Source: Lama guanicoe (taxonomy: Eukaryota). From it: a stretch of DNA of 64,000 nt. The translations under genes were made by a program, and so were the position numbers. Shown one piece after another: positions 25,788-39,215 of the stretch. Where the stretch lies: the NCBI GenBank assembly GCA_013239625.1, contig MU056358.1, forward strand, positions 2,900,158-2,964,157, written 5' to 3'. Numbering within the stretch: the first letter of the stretch is position 1; the number at the start of each line of letters is the position of its first letter. The notes below the pieces were generated by a model that saw only the letters and a program-made list of their open reading frames with translations, ran no database searches and was not told the DNA's origin.

Positions 25788-27060
25788 TTTATTCAATTTA
25801 ACATTCAATGAGCACCTACTATAATGCTATGTGCCAGCTCTGTAAAAAAGTCCTGAGGATATAAAGGGCTTGTCACCTTTTGTGCAAGTTAGGAAAAGGC
25901 CTAGATATAGCCCTAGATCTGAGTGTACAATTGGCTGATGGTCTTCAGTCACTCCTCACTTCCTCAACCAAGCATTTAGTGCAGTGCACAACCTGCACAA
26001 CTGTACACTGCTGCCCTGAGTATATAAAATTTAAAAAGACACACTGTCCTAGGGAGTCTGTAAAAAGAGACATACAAGAGACATGTGAACACAGAGTACA
26101 GTGTGGTAAGAGCTAAGGTATTGGTAGCATAGAAGAAGGGCACCTCATCCAAGCTGAGGACTCAGAAAAAGGTTTTTCAGAAGAGGTTGCACTTGAGCTG
26201 AATTTGAAGGATAAGTAGGAATAAACTAGATAAAGAAAACCAGATCAGAATGCTAAATCTGTGATAGATATTTTATCACAATAGAAAAACTTTCTTTAAA
26301 GAAAATGGGAAGGGTGTCCCAGGCAAAGGAAACAGAATATGCAGAAGTATTTGCTTATGGGAAGAGGCAGGACGTGAAACTGAGTAGATGAATGAGGGTC
26401 AGCTAGATTAGAAAGTTTTGCCATATGTGCTAAATTCAGGAATTTGGGCTTTACCCTGAGAACTGCATGGGGCTGTGAAAGGAGCAGTTTTCAGTTGTAT
26501 TAAGATCCCCCTGACAGCAGCATAAACGATGGCTTGAGGGTTCACTCAAGAAGCAGCCAGAACAGTGAGGATGCTTTTGCATAACCCTGGTGACGTGTGG
26601 TGACAGCCTGGACCCAGGCAGCGGTGCAGAATGGGCCAGGTGGGAGAAATAAGGAGGAAAACCCCACAGGACTTTGGAGCTGGTTGTATTACGGCTTGTA
26701 GTGCAAGGGAAGAGTTTAGGGTAATGTCTAGGTTCCTGGCTTGGACAGCTGGGTCACTGGTCCTGCCACTTCCTCAAGAGGGAAAAAAGGGCCAGAGTTT
26801 AGAGTGGAGAGGAGAGGATGAGTTCAGCCGGGGAGTCAATGGAGTTGGAAGTATCTGAGAAACTATTACATGGAGATGTTCGGTGGGCACTGAATGTCTG
26901 GACCCAGAGGTCAGGAGAGAGGCATGGCTTGGGAATGGAGATTTGAGAGTTGTCAACACAGACACCAGCATTGAAGCCGTGGTCCAGGCCAGGCTTCCGG
27001 TGAAGGTGCATGGCTTGAAAAGAGCAGGGACCGAGGACAGGGCTCTGGAGAATGGGGGAC
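25788..27060 (-). mobile_element. L2 LINE 3' region, interrupted by MER91
   Basis: tttattcaa...tgagcacctacta...gtgccag (antisense L2 3' end), gagctgaatttgaaggataagtagga and tcaggagagaggcatggcttgggaatggagatttgagagttgtca. Confidence 0.75.
25864..26018 (-). mobile_element. MER91-like hAT MITE nested in L2
   Basis: The right end reverse-complements to cagggcagcagtgtacagttgtgcaggttgtgcactgcac (MER91 terminus). The left end is agggct...tgtgcaagttaggaaaaggc. An 8-bp hAT-type TSD is present: aggatata (25856-63) vs agtatata (26019-26). Confidence 0.7.
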
Positions 27061-27443
27061 ATTCCACTGCATCCTGTCCCTGCTCTCCTGGCTCATACCC
27101 TTACTGCTCTTCACTGCCCATCCCATGGGCCACCTCCTCTCTCACTCGCTTCCTCCTTGCCATCCACCTAATATGCCGGTGTCCTCTTTTAATCCCCGCC
27201 ACACTTCATTGTGACCTTCCCTGTGACTCTTTCTGCAGTGCTGTAGATGAGACCTCTGCATTCTTTCTGCTCTGTGCTCATTGCAGGGCCTCCTATACTG
27301 CAGGTCCTCACACTCAGCAAACACTGTCCCCTGGTCAGTAAATATTTGTTGAATTGAACGAAATGGATCTGACCACTGAAAAGGATTGTAAGATTTCCAT
27401 TCCTGGAGATGGTTAACCTTTTATCCCGAATTGTTTAAACTGG

Positions 27444-27918
27444 CAGTATCCAGTCACATGTAATGTGCATCACACATGTAATTTAAAATTGCCTAGTAGC
27501 CACATTAAAAAAAGTGAAATTAAATTTTAACAATAGGTTTTATTAAACCAAATATAACCACAGTATTATCATTTCATCATAATCATTGAGATAGTTTATG
27601 TTTGTTTTGTTTTTTTTTCATAAGTCTTCAAAATCCTGTGCGTGTTTTACTCTTACAGCGCATCTCCTTTTGGACATTAAAATTTCATCAGAAATATGTG
27701 ATCCATATTTAGATTTCACTTTAAAAAATAGCGATTATAAAATAATTTGCATGCCCAAGTTGTTCCAAAACATAGGTAAAACATTTTCTAATAACTGAAT
27801 CAAGTACCTACTTTTAAATGTTAATGAATTTAAATACAATTTAAAGTTCAGCTCATCAGCCACATTTTAAGTGCTCAGTAGCCACAAATGGATAGTGGCT
27901 CCTGTATCAGACAGCACA
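27444..27918. mobile_element. hAT-Charlie DNA transposon relic (MER33/MER3-like)
   Basis: catgtaatttaaaattgcctagtagccacattaaaaaaag ... gtgctcagtagccacaaatggatagtggctcctgtatcagacagcaca. Confidence 0.75.
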
Positions 27919-29519
27919 CCTGGGCCAGGTGACCTGGGTGGATCCCTCTGGTTCTTTATTCACATGTATGTTAAGGTAGCCCCACGGACCTCTAAAGTTA
28001 TGCTCCCCCGACAGGAGTTGCTAAATTCCAAGGTGAAAGGAACTCTCCTGCTTTCTCACATTCACCCACTGGTGCTGGGGGTGCAGTGGGAGCAGACCTG
28101 GAGGACCCAGGTTGGCGATGCAGAGAATCCCCTGCCAAAGTTCTGTTCCCTGCCCCCAGGAGCCCTGTAACGGCCCTTAAAGGCCAAGAAAGCATAAATT
28201 GTGCCTGCAGGGGTGGGCCGTGGCCTCTAGATTAGATTTAACTGCAGGTTAGGGACACCCTTTTCCAAGTAACTCAAATTCACGTGTACAGCAATAAAAC
28301 ACCACACCTCAGTTCAGGCCCACCTCCTGCCGTCTCACACAAGGTTAAATGGCCTGTGGATTTGTTTTCTCCCGTCTGTGCCTGGAGAGGTTAAAAAGTA
28401 ACTGCCTTAGAAGAAAGAGGAAAACAGCGGGGGCATCCTGGTGCTGCCAGACTTGGCCCCTGCAGATCTGCCCGGCAGCACTCGCGGCTCGCCTAGGCCC
28501 AGGCTGTCAGAGCCCCTCTCCACTAGTTCACTGCCCTCCCTAGGGATCCAGACGCCAGAGAATCCCCTGCCCGACGTCTATGGAGCAGAGGGAGGCGGGT
28601 AAGATGGTTCCGTTCCCAGGTGTAAGTCCAAAGGGAATTAGGACTATTTGGCTCTTCTGAGCTAAGACGAGCGTTTCAGACTTTATGTATGAATCCCTGC
28701 TCGGCTAGGGGACCAGCTCCTTGTAGGGGGTCAGGATCAGCCAGTCTGACTTTCCCACCTGCTGCCACTTCAGCTCCTCTGGTCCAGCGTGGTGGGCGGA
28801 CTAGGGAGCCCAAATCCGCAAACCCGCCGCTGTGGGCGGGAGCAGGGAGGAGGTTTTCCTCCCCTGCATGGCTTGTTGCCTTCTCTTTGGGCCTTATCAC
28901 TGTGCTCAGCTATTAAAAATGCAGATGAACCTGCCGCTCCAGAAGGAAAATGAGCCAGAGCACAAGAAAACTCAGCAGGCTCCCGTCTCCCTGCGTGTGC
29001 CGGCGGCAGGTGGGGGAGGGACCCTCTCCTCACGGCGGGGGGGCCCCTGTGGGTGCTTAGGAGGGGAGGCCTGTTCTCCCTGGGCAGTGGGAACTGGGGG
29101 TAGAAACGCTTTGGAAGCTCTCCTGGCACTTCATGGAGAAAGAAATGACAAGTGCAAGGCCCTGCCAGGCACCTTGGGAGAAAGGAGGCTGGCTTATCTC
29201 ACTTCTTCTCTGGTGTTGGCCTGAAATGGGGGCAAGACCATGGCTCAGTCAGTACTGATGGCCACTTCAGGACGTAGGGAGTCATCTCGGGACTTTGGCT
29301 CAGGCTGGGAAGTTCTAGAGACCCAAAGGGCTGCAGACCCTGCACGTAACCCAACTGCTCCAACCACCCCAGATTCCTCAGCAGGATTCTTCCAGTGGCC
29401 CCTACCTCGTCTCCTGGCCCTTCCTCCGGGCTGCCCTCTGCACCCCACCCGAGTGCTGTGCGCCCCTGCCCTTCAGTGGCCCTCGGTTGTTTGCCCACAG
29501 AGTAGGAGCTTTACCCCTT

Positions 29520-29945
29520 TGCGGGGGGATACATGATCTGGCATTTCCCACTTGTCCAACCACCACTGCCAAGGTTTTATTATCCCCTTTCTTTCATATT
29601 CCAGGTGTCCCAATCTAATTATAGCTCCTCAACATGCCTCCATGTATTGGCACTGTTTCCTTTGCCAGGAACAGCCTCCTTACTTGTCCTACGAATGCTT
29701 AAAGTCTCTGCATGAGTGTCACTTCCTCCATGAAGTCTTCCTAGACTTTTTCTACAAACTGAGATGCTCCTTCTTCTAAGTTCCTGTTAACAATCAAATT
29801 ACCACTGTAAGAGCTACCATCATATACTGCACTTAGCTGGACCTCTATCCTCCCCTTCCCCACTGCTGTACCCCCATGGTTTAGCGTGGAATCTGGTATC
29901 CAGCAGGTATTTCATAAATGAATGTATGGTGAGTGAATGAATGAA
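29520..29945 (+). mobile_element. L2 3' fragment
   Basis: tgtcacttcctccatgaagtcttcctagact ... cagcaggtatttcataaatgaatg ... (tgaa)n tail. Confidence 0.6.
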
Positions 29946-31399
29946 ATGCTCCTCTCCCGTCCTCACAGAGATTTTTTTCTGATACTGAAAGAAACAACAG
30001 ATATAAAAAAAATATCTTTTGAGTTCTTGAGGAGAAGTCAGAGTGCCATTTTCCCATCATGGAAATCATTTTCCCTGTTACAATTATTAGAGTTAGGAAA
30101 AGAGAACTAGATCCTGGATGATAAAAAGGGAAAACCCTCTGTGCAAGAAGGGAAAGGTATTTTCTTGCCAATTAAAGAGACGACTGTGACAGTCATGCCT
30201 GTGCCACAGTCCTGGTGTGTCATGTCCCAGGATGCACTTGACCACATGAGGAGAACCCTAATCAGAAGGGAAGTGAGGAGGTGATGCAGCATTCCACACG
30301 AGTCCCTCCCTGGATTCCCACTTACAGATCCAGCCCTTCACACAAGAGATGGGGGAGGGGGACATTCTGAAGCCAGTTTTTGCCCCTAGTGGTGCAGGTT
30401 TGGGTGTCAAGGGAGAAGTGGGGCAGAGGATGAGGGAGGGAAGATGGGTGGACTGAAGTAATAGATGGAGGTTACTCTGAGGAGCTGCAGAGGGAAGGAG
30501 GGGAACGGGCAAGTGGGTTGAGGATGGAAGGAAGACAGGTTAAAATATTCAGGCATCCAGAGGGGATAATGTCCCTGCCAGGACAGGGAGGCAGCTGGAA
30601 CTTAAACATCAAAGTGCCACCTGTTCACTGGGTTTCAGATGATGGAGGTAAGAACAGTGGACAGCTCCTGGGGTGTAAACTCAACTGACCTTGTGAAGTC
30701 ACAGAAATGCCCAGAAATAGGGACTAGAGTCTGGGGAAGGAAGATACAGGCTAGAACAGCTGGGGAAGGAAAGAAGTTGGCATGACAGAAAAGTATGAGC
30801 CATGAAGATGACTACCCACGGTCCTTCATATTTGTATAGCACTGTAGTTGTAGTTTTTACATGCTTTCACAGCCCCACTCCCTTTTGAGCCTTTAGGCTA
30901 CTCCATGATGAGATGAGGAAGGAGAAGCCCAAGGTGATGAAGTGGCTGGGCTGACGTGACAGGGATGGTGCTGGGGTTCGGTCCCTGGTCTCCTCACTTC
31001 CAGCGCTGTGATAAAGAGCACCGTCCTTAGAACTACCTGAAGTCAAACCCCTCTCCACCCTTCACTTTGCTGAATGAATGTCCTGAGGCCACTTTTCTAA
31101 GCCTCAGGTTCCTCCTCTATAAATTCAGGGGGGGAATACTAACCACGATCTCCAGTGTGCAGGCATAGCCTGCCGCCCAGCGCCTGGCAGGTGCTCAGTG
31201 TGTGCACGTCAAGAGTGAGTGAGAGGAGTAAGGCATGGGGGGAGGTTGACAGGCTCCCATGCTCCCGTTTATCCACACTCTGGCTCCTCTAACAGAAAGA
31301 GAGACAGCTGCAGGCTGGTCCTTACCTAAAGCATTTGTGCTGGTGGAGAGCTGGTTTGCTTTGTATTATGTTATGTGATTGAACCTTCACTGTGATCAT

Positions 31400-32030
31400 T
31401 GGCTCAATCATCAAACATTTATAGAGCCCTCCCTAAGTGCCAAATAGTGTGTGTGTCGCTGGGATAACTCTGGAGCGATGTTTATACTTGGTCCAGGTCC
31501 CTGTCCTCAGGTAGCTCATGGTCTGGCCAGGCTACAGAGACAATAACTGAAACCTTGCTCTTTGATATGATAAATTCAGCAGAAACACCAAGGAAGGCAC
31601 AACCAGCCCTGAGAGAGAAGAGGATGTTTCATCCAATCAAGGCAGATGGGACGTGTTCACCCTGAGGAGGGGGCAGGGCACACCAGTAGGAGGAACCATC
31701 CACCCAAGTCAAGGTCCAGAGCGAGGCAGATATTTAAGGAGCAAGAGAGAGTCCCACGAGGCTGGGAGAGAAGATGCCGGGGTGGGAGCTATGGGGGGCG
31801 TGCTGCAAGGTTGAACTAGGTACTCTGGGCGGTGGGGAGCCTGCATAGCTTTCTAAGCAGGATAGCAGGGTCAGATTTGCATTGGTGGAGACGGACTGAG
31901 CACAGAGAGATGCTGGCCGGAAATTTCGAGGGTGGGATTTAGATCAAGGTTCAGCCAAGCAGTGATGATCGTGATGATGAGGCCTGAAGTGGTAACGCAG
32001 AAAGAGTGACTGAACATTGGGGAAGGTCTC
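31400..32030 (-). mobile_element. L2 fragment
   Basis: caatcatcaaacatttatagagccc...gtgcca, gtccctgtcctcaggtagctcatggtct and tttctaagcaggatagcagggtcagatttgcatt. Confidence 0.6.
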
Positions 32031-33699
32031 CAACTGGTGATCTTCTTAGCGTAGAGCTTTCTAAAAATACAAAATGTGTTTAATTTGGGACAAAGCATTT
32101 CCCGAGTTTGCTGTAGGTCAGTGTGTAGACTAAACTCTTGAGGGTTTAAACAAAATGTGCTCGGCATTCTGGATGGAAGTGGATGGGGCGTGGGGATGCC
32201 TGCCCAGTGCTGGATTCCAATACAGAGAAGGAGGAAGAGGTAGAGAGGAAAGATGCTTCCTGTGGAAGTTCCCCGTGAAGGAAGCTGGGAACGGAGGCTG
32301 GTGTGCTAGCGCTGGCCAGGGATTCTCTACTCAGAACAAGCTTCCTGAAAGCAAAAGCATTGGGGGCCCGAGCCAGGATTCTGGCTCCCCGCCTTTCCTG
32401 GCAGAGGGTGGAGGGTGTTCTGTGAGGGATCCTGTCTCTCCCTCTGGGCTGGTGCTAGCTCTGGGGCTTGAGGGAGGCAGTGAACACTGTGGCTGTGCTG
32501 GCTTTGGAAGGTGAGGAGCAGGCCCAGCAGGCATGGCAGCTTGGAGCTCCAGCAGTGGGAGCCAATGACCTCTGGTGGCTGCAGATGGGAGCACGCCCAC
32601 CGGCATCTCAGCCCGTCCTGGGCCTGCGCTGGGGGTTCTTTTCGGCTCTGCACAAGCGCTCTCTCCAGAATCCACTTGCTTCCTGGACTCTTACATCTCC
32701 AATCCTGCCCTTGAAGGCTCTGATACCATTTATGCCTTGATGTGAATTTCACTAGGTGTTCATTTGCATTGTGAGGCTTTTCATTCTCATATGTGGAAGG
32801 AAAAGCACTGAGCCAGTACTGTGATTTGGTCTGGGGTTGTCTTAAATTCTGCCTGGACTCACTGCCCAAGGCTGCACCACTGCAGGCAAGCTGGTCCCAA
32901 GGGCACTCCAGAGACAGCTGCTGTGCCGGGACTCTGTTTTCCTTCATTATCATCTTCTCTCCTCCAGCTTGCTGATTTTTCCCACAGTCTTGGGGCATTA
33001 TGACTCCCAGGGAACGTCAGGGCATTTAGTGCCGGTTGAGCTCACACTGGGTTCGGAGACCACCTTCTGAGTTCCATGCCTTGGGAAGCCCTGATTAGCA
33101 GAAGTACCAGAGACACTGACAGAGGCTGGTGCTGGGGCCTCCTGCTTCCAGGGAATCTGGAGCAGCCTAGAAGGGGGCACGAGCAATTATTCCTCCGGAA
33201 GTGCCTCAGGGCCAGCAAGGACCCCCATTGCCTCACACACTCAAGAGTGCAGGAGACAACATGTTTGTAAGAGAGGAGGCTGGAGTTCCTCTCGCTCGTC
33301 CTGAATGTGTATCCAGGTGGGAACTCTGACCACGAGTCCAGGCTCGGGCAGTGCCAGGAAGACTAGGGATAGAGAAGCAGGTGGATTGGGAAGTAGGGCT
33401 GAGGGCTGCTCCTGGAAAGGCATCCTACTCAGGTCTGTCTTTCCCCTTCTGCATCCCCAAGAAGTGGTCCTCCACTCTGGGTGAATCTGAAGGCTGCCTG
33501 CTCCCACCTGTCTTCTGCTCCTGCCTCCTCCTCCTCGTCCCCTCCTCCCTCCACTGTGGGACCAGAAGGGCTAAGAAGACATAAAGCTCTGATGGTGACG
33601 ATGACCTGGGCCCAGATGAATACCCCAGAAGCATCAGGGTCAGTAGGAAGAAGGGATGACGTGATCCTCTCTTCCCTTTTTGTTTTAGCTCCAATTTAT

Positions 33700-33810
33700 G
33701 AAGGGCCAACTGTGTGCTGAAGCACTTTATATATATTATCTCAGTTAATCACTTTAGATCTCTATCATGACCTCCATTTTACTGATAAGGAAACTGAGGC
33801 CAGAGTAGGA
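33700..33810 (-). mobile_element. MIR SINE
   Basis: aagcactttatatatattatctca ... ccatttttactgataaggaaactgaggccagag. Confidence 0.75.
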
Positions 33811-34781
33811 AAGTTTTGAGATGAGCCAGGCTGGGCAGCCTCACGCGCCTGCCTGGGTTTTGCCCTACAAGGCCGTCCCGTCAAGGAGGTGAGAAGGGAC
33901 TGAAGCCCGTGCTCACCCACTCGCCAGGTTGGCCACCCTTCTTCCAACTCCTGTAGGAGTCAGATGGCTTTCCCACCGTGATGCACTAGTAATAGAAAAG
34001 GCAGGGGTCAGAGCTAGGTTTGTCCGATTTCATAGCCTGTTTTTCTAACCATTATCCTAAGCTATCTTGCAACACACGCCACCTTCTATGACTTTACTAG
34101 AACAGCGACAAGGCACAGACCCTGATACAGTCCTACTTGTCCTCCCTGATTTTATTTTACTTGCTTCTAGCCACGTTTCCAGTTCATCAAAGCCAGCTTG
34201 TTCTCTCCCCTGCTCCTAAGGGACAGTCCCACATCACTCTTCCCAATTGCCTCTTCCCCCTGTTGATGGATGCGGTCTTGACCTATCAGCTAAGTCACTG
34301 ATGAAGGCTCTTTAACCTTCTCAGCCAGCAGTGGGCCCCTGCGAGCTCCACTGGGTACCACTCTGGGCTGGCACAAGACCCTGCTAACCAATCTTTTTTT
34401 GCCTCTGCTGCCAGAGCCACTCACACCCAGTAGCTGTGTGGTCTAACCGTGTTTTGCCAGCTTACTGAGGGCGTGTGATGTGGGAGGGAATCCAAAGCTG
34501 TGCAAAGGCCAGGAGAGATTATGCACAGTGCAACCTCTCTGCCCACCAGGCCTGACACAGCCACAGAATAATATTAGATCAATCTGGCATATTTCCTTAT
34601 TTGCCATGCTCTGTGGTTGATTATCCTGTTTTTCATTTGCTTAAGGTGTTTACAAATTGGCTTTCTGAAAGTTTCCCTAGTCTTTTTCCAGGTTGAGAAA
34701 AAAAACCATCTATTCATTCATCAGGATTTCTATAGCACCTCCTGTATCTGCTGTACCATGGTTGAACTTTGTAGCTCTCTT

Positions 34782-35752
34782 TTTTTTTTTAACATTTTTT
34801 TATTGAGTAATAGTCATTTTACAATGTTGTGTCAAATTTCAGTGTAGAGCACAATTTTTCAGTTATACATGAACATACTTATATTCATTGTCACATTTTT
34901 TTTTTGCTGTGAGCTACCACAAGATCTTGTACATATTTCCCTGTGCTATACAGTATAATCTCGTTTTTCTATTCTGCAATCTTGAAATCCCAGTCTACCT
35001 CTTCCCACCCCCCGCCCCCTTGGCAACCACAAGTTTGTATTCTATGTCTGTGAGTCTATTTCTGTTTTGTATTTATGCTTTTTTTTGTTTTGTTTTGTTT
35101 TGTTTTCTTTAGATTCCACATATAAGCGATCTCATGTGGTATTTTTCTTTCTCTTTCTGGCTTACTTCACTTAGAATGACATTCTCTAGGAGCATCCATG
35201 TTGCTGCAAATGGCATTATGTTGTCGGTTTTTATGGCTGAGTAGTATTCCATTGTGTATGTTGATGGACATTTAGGCTGTATCCATGTCTTGGCTATTGT
35301 AAATAATGCTGCTATGAACATTGGGGTGCAGGTGTCATCCTGAAGTAGGGTTCCTTCTGGATATATGCCCAGGAGTGGGATTCCTGAGTCATATGGTAAN
35401 NNNNNNNNNNNNNNNNNNNNNNNNNNNNNNNNNNNNNNNNNNNNNNNNNNNNNNNNNNNNNNNNNNNNNNNNNNNNNNNNNNNNNNNNNNNNNNNNNNNN
35501 NNNNNNNNNNNNNNNNNNNNNNNNNNNNNNNNNNNNNNNNNNNNNNNNNNNNNNNNNNNNNNNNNNNNNNNNNNNNNNNNNNNNNNNNNNNNNNNNNNNN
35601 NNNNNNNNNNNNNNNNNNNNNNNNNNNNNNNNNNNNNNNNNNNNNNNNNNNTTCCTTGGAGAATTGCTTGTTTAGGTCTTCTGCCCATTTTTGGATTGGG
35701 TTGTTTGTTTTTTTCTTATTAAGTCGTATGAGCTGCTTATATATTCTGGAGA
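34782..35752 (-). mobile_element. Young 5'-truncated L1 with perfect 12-bp TSD
   Basis: Starts with poly-T (antisense poly-A). Encodes ORF2 C-terminal peptide MFIAALFTIAKTWIQPKCPST...EKYHMRSLICGI. TSD tgtagctctctt at 34770-34781 and 35753-35764. Confidence 0.95.
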
Positions 35753-38734
35753 TGTAGCTCTCTTATTTAGGCTGATTGTTAGTGATTAATTGCCAGATCT
35801 CAGCTTTTAAGGATATCCCAAGTATTTCTTCAATCTAAAGAATCTAAATTTGAGATAATAATATCCTGATAGCAGCCCCCAAAATGCATCCAAGAGAGCC
35901 AAATAGAATTCCATCTCTGAAGGCACTAAAAGATAGAGTAAATTCCTTTTTACTCGGGATGGCTTACATGCTATCCCTGCTTAGAAGGCAAGAGGCTGGG
36001 TGAGATGACCCTTTCAAGGAATGGCCAGTGAATCGGAGATTCTCAAAATTCTGCCAGGCCTGGAGCACAGGCACATGGGCCTTTGTCGAAGGAACTGGTG
36101 GGAAGAAATCAGACAGCTGAGAACCCTCACCAGACATGTAACCCAGAGCACAAATACCATATGTCTTCAGGCTCCTGCCTTTCAAATCCATCTTTCCCCT
36201 GCGCTGGTAAGTGGAGCAGGGCTGGCGATGATTTCTTCAGGCCTAGAGATGTTCTGAACCATTCTTTTAAGGCTTATCTGTTGATGATGAAAGCATAAAT
36301 CACGATCGCCAGGAAAGCAAAGCTGGCAGGAGAGCCATTGGTCCTGCGACACGTTGGTGGCCCTCGAAATGGCCCCATGAGATTCTCCACCTCTGCTCTT
36401 TTGCAGACATCACTGGGCAGGGAAGGGAATCTCCTTGCTGCTAGGAGACCCATTTTTCTTAAAGCCAAAGGACCCTCCTTGGTCCTGAAAGATAAATTCA
36501 GATGGGAGGAACACCCAGGAGGAAGACCAGGGCAGCCAAAGCAGCACTAAAGAAGCAAGGCAGACACAGCAAGGAGGGTGAGGGAGGACTGTTCCGGCTG
36601 TGGGATCCCTTCCTGGGACCCGAGACAGAAGCACAGAGATAACAAGGAGATAACGACTCCCGGAATATTAGGCGCAGCAGGGAACATGCTGCAGCCCGGG
36701 GCTCCCTGAGAGAGTTCATCCCAAGCGAACAAAACAGGCATTATGAAAGCAGCGGGGGAAAGAGTGGGGACTCGTCTTTCCCTTTCAAACATTGCTCCTC
36801 AAAGAAAGGACAGTAGCGGGTTGATAAATGCAACTAATTGTGAGACCTCGAGAAGTGTGTAAGTGCATCCCTTAAGATTAAAAGGGAAGGAACTTGAGGG
36901 GCTTAGGCTGATCTCGGGGGGAACCGCTGGGCTTGTTTATCGTCCAAACAGACCGATAAGCTGCTTGGTTAGTCATCTGAGTGGTGCCAACTCTCCACCT
37001 CTCCCAGCACCTAACAGCACTTGGAGGTGTTGGGGTTTCAGTGATTAGACACAGAAAACAGGGGAGATGCCCCAACTGTGAGAGCTTCTTTCCAAATGGG
37101 AAATAAAGTAAATCTGTTACTCAGAGTCCGCTGCTCAGAGCTGGGACACTGTACTTCCTGGTGGGAAAAGTGATGGCAGAGGAGGGACGGAGGTGACAAA
37201 GGGGACAAGGGGAAAAAGTAGAAGACAGTCCTGAGATGATGGCGCCCTTACGCACTCAAAGGTCTGTCTGTGAGGCAAGCAGGGGCCGGGGCTCTTAACA
37301 GTGTCTTATGTCAGCAAGAGTTCTTTGCTGGCAAGAGACTGAACCTCTGGGATTGGTTTTCCAAATCATATGACACCACCTTGCTATCATTTCCTCCTTT
37401 GTTCATCAGTTTGGGTTCCAGGGGCTGTTGCCAATAGTAGTGAAGAAAGGGGACTGAATTCTCAAATGGCCTGATGGCTAATGAGGGTGGTGGGGTCAAA
37501 TAGGAAGGACCTTCACTTCTCTCTGTCTGTCTCATTTCCTCCGAAGATGTGTTTGACCCTTCGTACTCTGACTGAGCTGCCTGCTTCTCTGTCTTAACTC
37601 CCAGCAGAGGTCTCGGCTCAGGCCAGAGGCAGGTTACCTTAGAAGGGAAGCCCAAAACCTTTGGGGGAGAGAAGGGACACCAAAGGGAGAAGGATCAGGA
37701 GCAATCCTCCGTTCCGTATGGAGAGCCCTTCGCCACGAGCTAGCGTGTAATCTTAGAATTCGCACCCCAAACAACTCAGTCTCCCTTCTCCTCCCACTGC
37801 CAAGGTGTGGCCCACTTACCTGGCTTCAGGTGTGTTTACTCAGTGGCTCCACTCTTTACTGGCTGACCTGGTCTTTGGAATCCTTTCAAACCTTCTTGAT
37901 TCCAGTCCAAAACAACTCAGTCCCAGAGGACTGCACATCAGCCTTCCCTTCCTGTTTCTGATGGGCTTCAATTCCACATCCTGTCTCTGGGCGCTGGGAG
38001 TGAAGTCCAGCCGGAGTTCTGAAAGTACTGGCAGTAGAGGGTGTGAGTGGGCCACATTCATGTAGCAGAGGAAATCTCAAATTAGGAGATCACAGACATT
38101 CGCTGGTCTGGCTCAAGCCATTACTAACACACACTTGGAAAGAAGCATCACCAGCGAGATACGTCACCTGACACTGTTCCAGTGCCTGGACCTCGTGCAC
38201 CTGTGCTGGCCTGGCTGCCTCAAGGGATGTGCTGGAGCCGGACGGTGACTTTAGAGGAGAAATGCAGGCTGCACTGTGAGCATCTGAGGACCACTTGGCT
38301 TGGTTTTTCATTTATTTCACTTGGTATGACTGCTCTGGATTATTCTGTCCCGACATCACATCTTTGTCTTCTCAGCTCATGAGTACTCAGCGTGTGACTC
38401 GTACTGGCTCATGCGACAGGAGCTGGACTGTGAAGATCCTAACTTCCTTTCCAGAACTTACTTGGCTTCACAAAGAAGTCTATCAGAGAAGGCCACTCAG
38501 GTGCTAGAGAATCTTCCTGCCTGCTGCTAGTCCTCGTAGTCACATCAACACTTAAAGTTTAATTTTTTTTCTAAAATAAAAGTCAGCAGGTCAGAATAAG
38601 GGTGGCAAATAAACCAACAAGAGCTTTTTAAGTGGGCTCCTAGAATATGTTTTTTTAAAGTCTAGATATTGAAGTATAATTCTAGTTACATGAGTTTTGT
38701 AATTTGTGGTGGTTTTTTAGTTTGTACATGTAAA

Positions 38735-39215
38735 TTTTTTTAAATTATGATAAAATACATATAACAAAATGGATCGTTTTGTTTAATGTGTAATTTAGGA
38801 GTGTTAAGTACGTTCACATTGTTATGCACCTGATCTCCAGAACTCTTTTCATCTTGCAAAACTGCAATTCTGTACCCACTAAACAGCAGGTCCCCGGCCC
38901 CTGGCAACTGTCATTCTACTTTCTGTCTCTGTGAACTTGACTACTCTAGGTGCTTCACACAAGTGGAATCATGCAGTATTCATCTTTTTCCGACGAGCAT
39001 AGTTCACTTAGCGTAGTGTCCTCCATGTTCATCCATCCATGTGTCAGAATTCCCTTCCCTTTTAAGGCTGAATTCCGTTGTATGTATACACTGCATTTTG
39101 TTTATCAATTTATCCATAAGTGGACATTTGGGTTGCTTCCACCTTTTTGGCCATTGTGAATAATGCTGCTGTGAACATGATGTACAGGTATCTGTCTGTG
39201 ACCCTGATTTCTGTA
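38735..39215 (-). mobile_element. L1MB-like 3' fragment
   Basis: ctccagaactcttttcatcttgcaaaactg, ctttctgtctctgtgaacttgactactctagg and tggacatttgggttgcttccacctttt. Confidence 0.85.

Noticed and set aside
32327-32998. 223-aa minus-strand ORF, the longest gap-free ORF that overlaps no exon
   Set aside because: No recognisable domain or splice support; compatible with chance in GC-rich intron.
37769-37922. 13-bp direct repeat aaacaactcagtc
   Set aside because: Too short to exclude chance, and no element lies between the copies.
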